DNA of 64,000 bases from assembly GCA_000995965.1 (NCBI GenBank), contig LBYD01000002.1, positions 135,889-199,888 on the forward strand, read 5' to 3'. Shown piece by piece: positions 9,132 through 17,581 of this stretch. The notes under the pieces are model-generated. The model saw only the letters and a program-made list of their open reading frames with translations, searched no databases and had not been told where the DNA came from. The first letter of the stretch is position 1; each line of letters starts with the position of its first letter. The position numbers were made by a program, and so were the translations under genes. The stretch is from Candidatus Moranbacteria bacterium GW2011_GWC2_40_12 (GTDB lineage Bacteria > Patescibacteriota > Minisyncoccia > Moranbacterales > UBA11712).

Positions 9132-9779
9132 ATGAACGACAAACCCCAAGTAACGATTGAAACGGTTGAGGTTAATATCCACGGCATGCGCCATGGGGAC
9201 AAGGACGGCGATACCCTGACTGAAAAAGGCAAGGAACAAGTCGCGAAAAGTGCGCGGAAAAACCTGGCCGGTATTTCGATTGACGCCTACTATTCTTCCC
9301 TGCGTACTCGCGCCTTCGAGACGGCTGATGTCGTCTATGAAACCATCGGCTCGAAGACCGAGGTCGAAATCGCCCATCGCCGCGCCGCTTTCGATTTCTG
9401 TGGCGCACCCGGCATCACCAACACCAAGGCTGTAACGGAGGGCGAAAAAGCCTACCGCGAAGAGCACGGCATCGAGAAAGAAACGGTAGGCACCTGGAGG
9501 CAAGGCGCTCCTGCCTGGACGGATTTCCTCCGCGGCCGCGTTTACCAGGGACTCAAAGATGTGGCCACCGAGCAGGCCTTCGACGCCAAGGGCAACGCGG
9601 TGAAAAACGTTTTTATCGGTTCCCACAGCCCGACCATCGAGTTGGCCGTGGCCGACCCCAATTTTCCCCGGCTCCGGGAAGCGGACATGGTGCTCTACCG
9701 TTTCATCGTCGTGAAGACGAACGGCGAAATTACCTCTGTGAACCTGGAAACCGTCGACTACATCGACCGCGGGTTCTAA
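9132..9779 (+). CDS. Histidine phosphatase (phosphoglycerate mutase-like) family protein
   Basis: MRHG...LTEKGKEQ, SSLRTRAFETA, SH motifs; ATG 9132 preceded by AGAAGGA (ORF track starts at 9105). Confidence 0.85.
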   Translation: MNDKPQVTIETVEVNIHGMRHGDKDGDTLTEKGKEQVAKSARKNLAGISIDAYYSSLRTRAFETADVVYETIGSKTEVEIAHRRAAFDFCGAPGITNTKAVTEGEKAYREEHGIEKETVGTWRQGAPAWTDFLRGRVYQGLKDVATEQAFDAKGNAVKNVFIGSHSPTIELAVADPNFPRLREADMVLYRFIVVKTNGEITSVNLETVDYIDRGF

Positions 9780-9821
9780 ACTCGCACCAACCAGGCCGGC
9801 TAAACCAAAGCCCGTGCCTGC

Positions 9822-9858
9822 GAAAGCCCAGTCTTCGGATTGGGCTTTCTTCTTTTTT
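9822..9858 (+). terminator. Intrinsic terminator
   Basis: GAAAGCCCAGTC-TTCG-GATTGGGCTTTC hairpin followed by a T-rich tract. Confidence 0.85.
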
Positions 9859-9920
9859 GAAAAAAAATCGGCACACATCTGAAATATGCCGACATTATTC
9901 ATTCTATTTTTGGTCATTAA

Positions 9921-10522
9921 TTATTGTTTTTTTCTTAATTTTTCCATCCCTTCTTCCGCGATTTTGCGAAATTCGTCATAAAATAAATTTTCCATCATCT
10001 TTTCCAGAAGATCGAGCAGTTTTTTTCGGTTTTTGTAAACAAATGCCATATTAGTTATTCTCTCTTCCGTATATCTGCCAAAGCGTCCATGTCATGAAAA
10101 AATTTCTTATTCGGCGTGTCATAAACTTTTTTCCATTCAACGTCCTTGAGCTGATCAAAATCGTTAATGGTGATTATATCCACAACCTCTTTCGTTTTTT
10201 TCTTGTCATATCCCACTGAATCCAAAATGTCTTTGGCTATTTTAGCGCCGGCCAGCATATGCACCAGTTTCGCGTTGACGATTTTTTTTGGTCCAGTCAC
10301 ATAGGCAAAATGTTCCGGAAGAAGCAACGCATGACCAATGTCGTGCATCATTGCAACTGGAATGATCACGTCTTTGTCATGCTTTATATTTCCCTGGTAG
10401 CTTAATACTAATTTTACAGTTTCTTTCGCATGCACGTCATCACCCGGACGGCCTTTTTTCAAGATCGGCAAAGCCTTTTTCCAGATTTTTTCGTATTTCT
10501 CCGGAAGGTTCTCGATTTTCAT
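9921..10522 (-). pseudogene. HD-domain hydrolase with a 1-nt frameshift near 10077 (pseudogene or assembly error)
   Basis: H...MMHDIGH...H...DMDAL; ORF stops at 10055, but adding one base restores DALDRY and reads RYTEERITNM...FYDEFRKIAEEGMEKLRKKQ to TAA at 9921. Confidence 0.7.
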
Positions 10523-10526
10523 AAAA

Positions 10527-12074
10527 TTACGCTTTCCTTAAAATTTTAACGATCCCCCTATTGGCATCAACCTCGACTAGATCGCCGTCTTTCAAAATTT
10601 TCGTGGCAATTTTTGTTCCGACGATGCAGGGTTTCTTGAGTTCCCGAGAAACAATCGCCGCGTGCGAGATAATTCCTCCTGTGTCCGTCACGATCGCTGC
10701 CGCTCTTTTGAGACCCATAATCAAATCCGGATTAGTTGCCGAGGAAACCAATATATCCCCGTCTTTTACTTTGGCTGCATCTTTAGCGACAAGAACTATT
10801 TTCACCATTCCTTTAGCTTTTCCTTTATACGCCATCATCCCTTTGAGTTCACCAGTTTTCTCCTGGTCGAACTCTTTGTCGCTTTCTATTTTCAGTTTAG
10901 TAATAATTTCTTTTGCCTCCTTGCCTTCAAAAACTTTTATTCCCCCATTTATTGCGATATAACAACAGCGCCTTGTCCTTTCTTTCGCAATCTTTCGGTA
11001 TTTTTTTGCTTTCCTGTTATTAATCGCATCCTTGATATCTTCGAGCACTAAATATTTAATCTCCTTGGATGTCATCACTAATCTTCTCGCGATCTCATTA
11101 ATTATTTTATCCATGGCGACATATGATTTCTGATAAATTCCTTTTCGGAAATCCTTGATGAACATCATTTCCGCTGAAACTTGAAACGCATACTTCAAAT
11201 TTTCTGGCAGTTTTATTTTTTTTTGAATCCTCTGTTTCTCTTTCCTAATATTTTCATAATGATTCAGTATTATATTTTTCTGCTTCTTGGCGTCCCCTGT
11301 TTTCAGATTTTCGGCAAGCGCCCCAAGAAGATATTCCGCAGTCATGGCCGGTCCGGCATAGGCATATGTCAGCCAACCAAAATCTTTGAGATGTTTTTGA
11401 AATAGCTTATCAACCGACGGATACTTTTCGCTAAAATTTTTGTAATTGTTCTTTTCAATGTCCTGAATGACATTTTTTGATTTTTTGTCGGCCATTATTT
11501 TCAGGAGTAAATCCAACCTGGCAATTTCTTCTTCCTGAACTTCACTTTTCTTTTCGCTGGAGCTAAGAACCGTATAGTAATCACTAAACTTTTTCTCCTG
11601 CCCAAGTTTTTCAAGATACTTTCTAAACTCTGCTATGAGATAATCGCTCAAATAGGCTTTCTCCATCCCATCCATTGACGAAGGGATCCAACCCCAAACT
11701 CTCAAGGTCCGCAGTTTCCCCATATAATCAAGATACAATTGTAATAATTGCTTATCGCTTAATTTTTTTACGTTGGCTATTCTGTCAATGCGTTTGCAGA
11801 ATTTCATCAGTTCATCGCTATACTGATAAATGTTCTTGATAGATTTTCGGAAGAATGCTTTATCATCGATTAACTTTTTCAAAAAACCTTCTCCGACAGC
11901 ATTTGCCGATTCGCGATCATAATACATATGAATTCGGTCCTTTTCAAAATAGACGACAGCTTTTTTCACCACTGCCCTGGAAATTTTTCCTATATCTTTG
12001 GTAATCGTGAGGTCAGAAATATACCATGGGTAGATATACATATTGTCCCGCTCAAAAAGAAGTTTGAGAGCCAT
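10527..12074 (-). CDS. Phospho-His swivel domain protein
   Basis: ATNPD...TDTGGIISHAAIVSRELKKPCIVGT. Confidence 0.85.
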   Translation of the reverse strand: MALKLLFERDNMYIYPWYISDLTITKDIGKISRAVVKKAVVYFEKDRIHMYYDRESANAVGEGFLKKLIDDKAFFRKSIKNIYQYSDELMKFCKRIDRIANVKKLSDKQLLQLYLDYMGKLRTLRVWGWIPSSMDGMEKAYLSDYLIAEFRKYLEKLGQEKKFSDYYTVLSSSEKKSEVQEEEIARLDLLLKIMADKKSKNVIQDIEKNNYKNFSEKYPSVDKLFQKHLKDFGWLTYAYAGPAMTAEYLLGALAENLKTGDAKKQKNIILNHYENIRKEKQRIQKKIKLPENLKYAFQVSAEMMFIKDFRKGIYQKSYVAMDKIINEIARRLVMTSKEIKYLVLEDIKDAINNRKAKKYRKIAKERTRRCCYIAINGGIKVFEGKEAKEIITKLKIESDKEFDQEKTGELKGMMAYKGKAKGMVKIVLVAKDAAKVKDGDILVSSATNPDLIMGLKRAAAIVTDTGGIISHAAIVSRELKKPCIVGTKIATKILKDGDLVEVDANRGIVKILRKA

Positions 12075-12162
12075 AAATTTTGCTTTTATTTGAAATATTT
12101 CCTTAATCCCCCTACTATATAGAGTAAAGGCAAATAGCTAATAAATCAATCATCTACATCTT

Positions 12163-12879
12163 ATGTCCGGACACTCACATTTCGCGGGAATAAAGCATAA
12201 AAAAGCCGCCCAGGACGCCAAGCGCGCGGGAGTTTTCACCAAGGTCGCGCGACTGGTGACTCTGGCCGCCAAAGAGGGAGGAGGCGACCCGGTCACGAAC
12301 TTCAAGCTGCGCCTCGCCATTGACCAGGCGCGGGCGGTGAATATGCCCAAAGACAATATCGACCGGGCGATAAAGCGAGGAACAGGCGAGCTAAGGGACC
12401 AAGCCGCGATCGAGGAAGTTGTGTATGAAGCCATGGCGCCGGGGAATATCGCCATGCTTGTGAAAACCGCGACCGACAACAAAAACCGGACTCTTGGAGA
12501 AATCCGGAACATCGTGGAAAAATCCGGCGGCAAAATGGCGTCAGCCGGAAGCTTGCAATATCTTTTCAAAAATATAGGGGTGATATACACGACGACAAAC
12601 AAAGATAATGCAAATGATGTCGAACTCAAGGCCATCGATGCCGGAGCAGCAGACACAGCCTTTCAAGGGGAGATTCTGCAAATTTTCACCGACCCGCGCG
12701 ATCTCAAAGGGATCAAAGAAGATCTGGAGCAAAAAGGAATTCAAATTGACAATGCCGGGCTGATATTCATGCCCCTTTCCCCAATTCAAATTGACATGGA
12801 AACAAAAATTGACTATGAAAAACTTTTAGAAAAATTGGATGAGTTGGATGACGTTCAAGAAATATACGATAACTTGTAA
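12163..12879 (+). CDS. yebC: YebC/PmpR family protein
   Basis: MSGHSHFAGIKHKK, GGGDP..NFKLR, NMPKDNIDRAI, LDDVQEIYDN. Confidence 0.95.
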   Translation: MSGHSHFAGIKHKKAAQDAKRAGVFTKVARLVTLAAKEGGGDPVTNFKLRLAIDQARAVNMPKDNIDRAIKRGTGELRDQAAIEEVVYEAMAPGNIAMLVKTATDNKNRTLGEIRNIVEKSGGKMASAGSLQYLFKNIGVIYTTTNKDNANDVELKAIDAGAADTAFQGEILQIFTDPRDLKGIKEDLEQKGIQIDNAGLIFMPLSPIQIDMETKIDYEKLLEKLDELDDVQEIYDNL

Positions 12880-12881
12880 AA

Positions 12882-12961
12882 ACTCGCGAATGCGGAGCTA
12901 ATGCAATGCGAATAAGTGCGAATTCGCTCAAGTTAGCTTTAATTCGCTCAAATTAGCGAGT
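12882..12961. repeat. Empty family-A hairpin element
   Basis: ACTCGCGAAT...(GCGAAT/GCTAAT units)...(ATTCGC/TTAGC units)...ATTAGCGAGT. Confidence 0.85.
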
Positions 12962-13466
12962 GCGTATTATTGGAATCGACCCGGGAACGGCCACGACAGG
13001 CTGGGCCGTCGTTGAGGAAGTGAAAAAAAATCCGCGGCTCATTGCTTGCGGGTGCATCAACACGAGCAAATTTAACTCCGACGCGGAGCGGCTGGTTGAA
13101 ATTGGGCGTGATATCGGTTCGCTCATCAAAAAATACAAGCCCGATGAAGCAGCCATTGAGGATCTTTTCTTTTTCAAAAATTTGAAAACCGCCATCACTG
13201 TCGCCCAAGCGCGCGGAGTAATTCTCTACGAAATAAAAAAAAACGGGGTGTCCCTTTCAAATTATACTCCGCTTCAAGTGAAACAAGCCCTCACCGGATA
13301 CGGCCGGGCTGAAAAAAAACAAATTCAGATCATGGTAAAAAATATTTTGAAGCTCCGCTCGGCTCCAAAACCGGACGACGCCGCCGACGCGGTCGCGATT
13401 GCGATATGTCATCTTAACTCGCGAATGAGAGAGCGAATTAATCGCGAATCGGAGCGAACTCGATAA
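12960..13466 (+). CDS. ruvC: Holliday junction resolvase RuvC
   Basis: IIGIDPG, AIEDLFF, QARGV, YTPLQVKQ..TGYGRAEK.Q, DDAADAVAIAICH. Confidence 0.95.
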   Translation: MRIIGIDPGTATTGWAVVEEVKKNPRLIACGCINTSKFNSDAERLVEIGRDIGSLIKKYKPDEAAIEDLFFFKNLKTAITVAQARGVILYEIKKNGVSLSNYTPLQVKQALTGYGRAEKKQIQIMVKNILKLRSAPKPDDAADAVAIAICHLNSRMRERINRESERTR

Positions 13467-13521
13467 CAAGACACACTGTTATTCGCTCGTATTCGTTTCA
13501 CATTTGCTCAAATTCGCGAGT
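13417..13521. repeat. Empty family-A hairpin element overlapping the ruvC 3' end
   Basis: ACTCGCGAAT + three GCGAAY units, spacer, ATTCG-type units + ATTCGCGAGT. Confidence 0.85.
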
Positions 13522-13527
13522 TTTTTG

Positions 13528-13556
13528 TTGACAAAACCGCCCAAAAGCGGTATTTT
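13528..13556 (+). promoter_or_regulatory. Sigma70-type promoter for the ATP-grasp cluster
   Basis: TTGACA-17 bp-TATTTT. Confidence 0.55.
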
Positions 13557-13594
13557 TTAATCAGTATTTTACCTAAATTTAAGCCAAAAACCAT

Positions 13595-14248
13595 ATGGAC
13601 AACGTAAATCCGTTCGTCACCTTGGCGGCCACTAGCGGAGTGCCCCTTGACACCCTGGTTCTAGTGTTGATTCTTCCCATCATCGTCACAATGATCGCTT
13701 TCTTCCGCCAAGTGATCGGGATCAAAGCTTTCGGCATCTATACGCCGGCTATCATCACTTTTGCCTTGCTTGCCACCAGCCAGCTGAAATACGGAATCAC
13801 GATTTTCGCTACTGTCATTGTCGTTGGAACAATCACTCGTTATCTTCTCAAAAAGGCGAGGCTCCTTTATCTTCCTCGCGTAGCCATCATGATCACCGTG
13901 GTCGGATTTTCAATCCTGCTTCTTCTTTTTGTGGGAGGAGCCTGGAACCGGACCGGGCTTGCGGGCGTGTCCATCTTCCCGATTCTCATTATGATAACAC
14001 TGGTTGAAAAGTTCATCGCCGTTCAAATCGAAAAGGGAAACCGGGCCGCTGTCATCCTCTCGCTCGAGACGCTTTTCATTTCGGTTATCGGCTACTATAT
14101 CGCGAGCTGGCCGCAACTAATCAGAATGATTTTGCACTATCCGTGGATCAGCCTGCTTACCATTCCGATAAACATTTTTTTAGGAAAGTGGACCGGCCTT
14201 CGCCTATCAGAATATTTTCGTTTTAGGCAGATTATCAAACCTAAATGA
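13595..14248 (+). CDS. 7TM domain protein (type associated with inactive transglutaminase/ATP-grasp operons)
   Basis: RQVIGIKAFGIYTP, LLYLPRVA, FPILIMITLVE, GKWTGLRLSEYFRF. Confidence 0.85.
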   Translation: MDNVNPFVTLAATSGVPLDTLVLVLILPIIVTMIAFFRQVIGIKAFGIYTPAIITFALLATSQLKYGITIFATVIVVGTITRYLLKKARLLYLPRVAIMITVVGFSILLLLFVGGAWNRTGLAGVSIFPILIMITLVEKFIAVQIEKGNRAAVILSLETLFISVIGYYIASWPQLIRMILHYPWISLLTIPINIFLGKWTGLRLSEYFRFRQIIKPK

Positions 14249-15651
14249 TTTCATATTTCAAGGCTCGACGAAATATATTGGGAATGAACGCCCGCAATCT
14301 TCGGTTTATCCGCCCGAACAATCTTCGGCGAGCCAAAAAAATCGCCGACGACAAGCTTTTGAGCAAAAAAATTCTTGAGAAGGCCGACCTTCCCGTTCCG
14401 AAACTAATCGCGAAAATAGGAAACTTCGAAGAACTTGAAAATTTCGAATGGGGAATTCTTCCGGAAAGCTTTGTCCTGAAGCCCAACCGCGGATTCGGCG
14501 GAGAAGGAATTTTGGTCGTTTACGGAAAGAAGAAACATCTCGAAAATACCTGGATCAAGGCCGACGGTTCAATCGTGACGGCGAATGACATAAAGACGCA
14601 CGTGAGAAATATCTTAGACGGGAGTTTTTCCCTGGCCGGCGTTCCCGACGTTGCTTTTTTTGAGGAAAGACTCAAACTTCTCAAGCTTTTCAAAACTTAT
14701 GCCTACAAAGGAATTCCGGATATCCGAATAATCGTATACAATAAGGTGCCCGTGATGGCGATGCTGCGCCTTCCGACGCGCGAATCAGACGGAAAAGCCA
14801 ATCTCCAGCAGGGAGCGATCGGCGTGGGAATTGATATGGCCACAGGCGTGACTACCACGTCTGTCCTCGGAAAAGGAAAAATGATTGACTATATACCGGG
14901 AACGCGTCTTCTTCTTTCCGGAATCAAAATTCCCTACTGGAAAGATATGCTCCGAATGGCTGTCCGGGCGCAGGAAATTTCCGGCCTGGGGTTTTTGGGC
15001 GCCGACGTTGCCATTGACCGGGACCGGGGACCGGTCTTTTTGGAGCTCAATGCCCGACCGGGGCTTTCCATCCAAATTGCGAACACCGACGGATTGCTGG
15101 GGCGCTTGCGCCGGGTCGAAGATCTCAAGATAAAAACTGTCGAAAAAGGCGTGGCAGTTGGGATGAATCTTTTCGGCGGTGAAATCGAAGATGAGATTGA
15201 AGGAATTTCAGGAAAGAAAATAATTGGAATAATCGAGAAAGTAAGGCTGATCGGAAAAAAGGAAAAAGAAGTCGAAGTCGAGGCGAAAATCGACACAGGC
15301 GCGCAATCATCATCACTGGATATCGACATTGCAACTCAACTGGGTTTTGGAGAAATCGCTGATAAATTTTCAAGCATTGATCTTTCCTCTTATGAAATAG
15401 CCCCTGAAAATGAGAGCCGCATCAAGAAAGATATCCTGGAAAAATACAAGGATTTTGTCCCGGGGCTTGAAGATGTCGCTGTTATTTTTTCCGCCAGCGG
15501 AAATTCGATCCGCCCGGTAGTAAAAATAGAATTTGAGATGGACAAAGAAAGAATTATCTCAAAGATGAATTTGGTGGATCGGAAAAATCTCAAATATCCG
15601 ATGATTATCGGAAAACGCGACCTGAAAAAATTTTTAATCGAAGTGAAATAA
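14245..15651 (+). CDS. Alpha-L-glutamate ligase-like ATP-grasp protein fused to a C-terminal aspartyl-protease-like domain
   Basis: ILGMNARN, DDKL, KPNRGFGGEGI, DIRII, KANLQQG, LELNARPGLSIQIAN; C-terminal AKIDTGA...DRKNLKYPMIIG. Confidence 0.85.
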   Translation: MISYFKARRNILGMNARNLRFIRPNNLRRAKKIADDKLLSKKILEKADLPVPKLIAKIGNFEELENFEWGILPESFVLKPNRGFGGEGILVVYGKKKHLENTWIKADGSIVTANDIKTHVRNILDGSFSLAGVPDVAFFEERLKLLKLFKTYAYKGIPDIRIIVYNKVPVMAMLRLPTRESDGKANLQQGAIGVGIDMATGVTTTSVLGKGKMIDYIPGTRLLLSGIKIPYWKDMLRMAVRAQEISGLGFLGADVAIDRDRGPVFLELNARPGLSIQIANTDGLLGRLRRVEDLKIKTVEKGVAVGMNLFGGEIEDEIEGISGKKIIGIIEKVRLIGKKEKEVEVEAKIDTGAQSSSLDIDIATQLGFGEIADKFSSIDLSSYEIAPENESRIKKDILEKYKDFVPGLEDVAVIFSASGNSIRPVVKIEFEMDKERIISKMNLVDRKNLKYPMIIGKRDLKKFLIEVK

Positions 15652-16625
15652 TGAAAAAAGTTTTGATATTATTCAGCAAAAGCGATTGGAAGACCAGTAC
15701 TCCCCCCAAAGATAAAGCTTACCGTTATTCGTATGAATATTTTTACACGCTTTGCAGAAAAAACAACATTCAAGTGTACCGAGCTTCTTATGAATGGTAT
15801 GACTTCAAGAAAAAGATTTTCAAATATGCTTGGATTTTTGAAAGTGCCGGAAACAATTGGCAAAGAGTCCGGAACATCAAGCCGGACTTTATTTATGACA
15901 AGACAAAGGCACGTCCCGAAATATTTTATAAAAAGGATTTGATAGGTCTAGATTATCCTTTCATAAATCATCTTGAATTCACAAAGATTGTTGACAACAA
16001 GTATACCAACAGCCTTATGTTTTTTAGGTGGAGCAAAAAAGCTTGGCTGGCCCATAATCAAAAGGAGATGAAAAAAATTATTAGGAGCATAAAGACCAGC
16101 AAAATTGTGCTAAAGCCATTGCGCCAGAGCGGGGGTGAAGGTGTTCAAATATTAAATAAGGCGGATGCGTCGAAGTGCCCTAATTTCAATCAGACGCACC
16201 TGTTGCAGGAATTTATCGATTCCTCAGAAGGAGTTCCGGGAGTGGTAAAAGGCATTCATGATCTGAGGCTTATTATGGTTAACAATGAGCTCATATATTC
16301 GTTAATCCGGCAACCTGCCAAAGGCAGTTATCTCGCTAATCTGGCTCAAGGAGGAACAGTGACGTTCATACCATTAAATAAGGTTCCCAGATCTGTCTTT
16401 CCTATTATTAACCAAGCAAAAAAACTTTTTGAATCATTCCGACCTCGAATTTTTTCCATTGATGTTATGTTCGATAAGAAAAAAAAGCCTTGGGTCGTGG
16501 AATTAAATTCAATGCCAGGGCTATATTTTTCTCCAAAAGGAAACCGCTACATGGAAAAGATGTATGCAGCGTTATTAAAAGTTTTTCAGGCTCGCTTAAA
16601 AGATTTATCTGGGAAAAAAATATGA
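15651..16625 (+). CDS. ATP-grasp ligase (RimK/GshB-like)
   Basis: LKP...SGGEGV, QEFID, HDLRL, ANLAQGG, IDVMF, VELNSMPG. Confidence 0.85.
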   Translation: MKKVLILFSKSDWKTSTPPKDKAYRYSYEYFYTLCRKNNIQVYRASYEWYDFKKKIFKYAWIFESAGNNWQRVRNIKPDFIYDKTKARPEIFYKKDLIGLDYPFINHLEFTKIVDNKYTNSLMFFRWSKKAWLAHNQKEMKKIIRSIKTSKIVLKPLRQSGGEGVQILNKADASKCPNFNQTHLLQEFIDSSEGVPGVVKGIHDLRLIMVNNELIYSLIRQPAKGSYLANLAQGGTVTFIPLNKVPRSVFPIINQAKKLFESFRPRIFSIDVMFDKKKKPWVVELNSMPGLYFSPKGNRYMEKMYAALLKVFQARLKDLSGKKI

Positions 16626-17581
16626 AAAAAGTTCTCATTCTATATGGGAAAAAAGGCGTAAAGCGACCTCCCTTTGAAAATGATTCCTACCGGATTTCTT
16701 ATGAAATCCTTTACGCCCTTTGTGAGAAAAGAGGAATAAAAATGTTCCGTGCTCCTTATCAAGAATATGACCACAAAAAAAAATATTTCAAGCGGGCTTG
16801 GTTTTTTGACGCGAAACATAAACGCTGGAGCATAACAAAAAATGTCATACCCCATCTTATTTTCGACAAAACTGCGGCAAACTCTCAAGCCGACTGCGAA
16901 AAAGAATCGATCGGGAAAGATTATTTATTTTTCAATGCGCTTGAATTTTCCCAGCTGGTAAGAAATAAACTCGCGATTAGCCTGTTATTTAGCAAATGGA
17001 GCAAAAAAAGCTGGCTCATCGAAAACAAACGCGACTTAAAAAAAATATTACTCAAAATTACCACCGGTAAACTGGTCATCAAGCCGCTAAGGGGCGGCGG
17101 GGGCAAAAATGTCCAGGTACTCGAAAAAAAGGACGCCCTCAAAAACGCTCGCCTAAAAGGTACCTATTTGATTCAGGATTATATTGACTCTTCAGCCGGC
17201 ATTTCCGGCATTAGCAAATCCATGCACGATTTACGGTTAGTTATGATTAACGATAAGATTATCTATTCTTTCGTCCGAGAGCCAAAAGCAGGATGTTTTC
17301 TCGCAAATTGTTCGCAAGGAGGAACTTTGAAAATTGTCCCTTTGAAAGATATTCCGAGGTCTGTTTACCCGATCATTAGCCATGCAACAAAAATGTTCAA
17401 TACTTTTTCTCCCCGATTTTATTCAATTGATCTAATGTTTGACAAAACAAAAAGGCCATGGGTAGTCGAGCTCAATGCCATGCCCGGGCTTAACATATGC
17501 GCTAAGGAAGAGAAGCCATATATTTTACGGTTGTATAAGGAACTAGCCAAGGTTTTTAAGGCTAAAGCAGAATTATGCTAA
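16622..17581 (+). CDS. ATP-grasp ligase, tandem paralog of 15651..16625
   Basis: Same motifs (HDLRL, ANCSQGG, VELNAMPG); start moved from 16490 to ATG 16622 (ATGA overlap, MKKVLIL as in the paralog). Confidence 0.85.
   Translation: MKKVLILYGKKGVKRPPFENDSYRISYEILYALCEKRGIKMFRAPYQEYDHKKKYFKRAWFFDAKHKRWSITKNVIPHLIFDKTAANSQADCEKESIGKDYLFFNALEFSQLVRNKLAISLLFSKWSKKSWLIENKRDLKKILLKITTGKLVIKPLRGGGGKNVQVLEKKDALKNARLKGTYLIQDYIDSSAGISGISKSMHDLRLVMINDKIIYSFVREPKAGCFLANCSQGGTLKIVPLKDIPRSVYPIISHATKMFNTFSPRFYSIDLMFDKTKRPWVVELNAMPGLNICAKEEKPYILRLYKELAKVFKAKAELC

Noticed and set aside
9078-9917. 279-aa minus-strand ORF
   Set aside because: Antisense shadow of the GC-rich histidine phosphatase, which has the motifs, promoter, RBS and terminator
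128-12074. Annotating the array as PEP synthase (ppsA) or pyruvate phosphate dikinase
   Set aside because: Only the swivel domain is recognisable; ATP-binding and pyruvate-binding domains are absent
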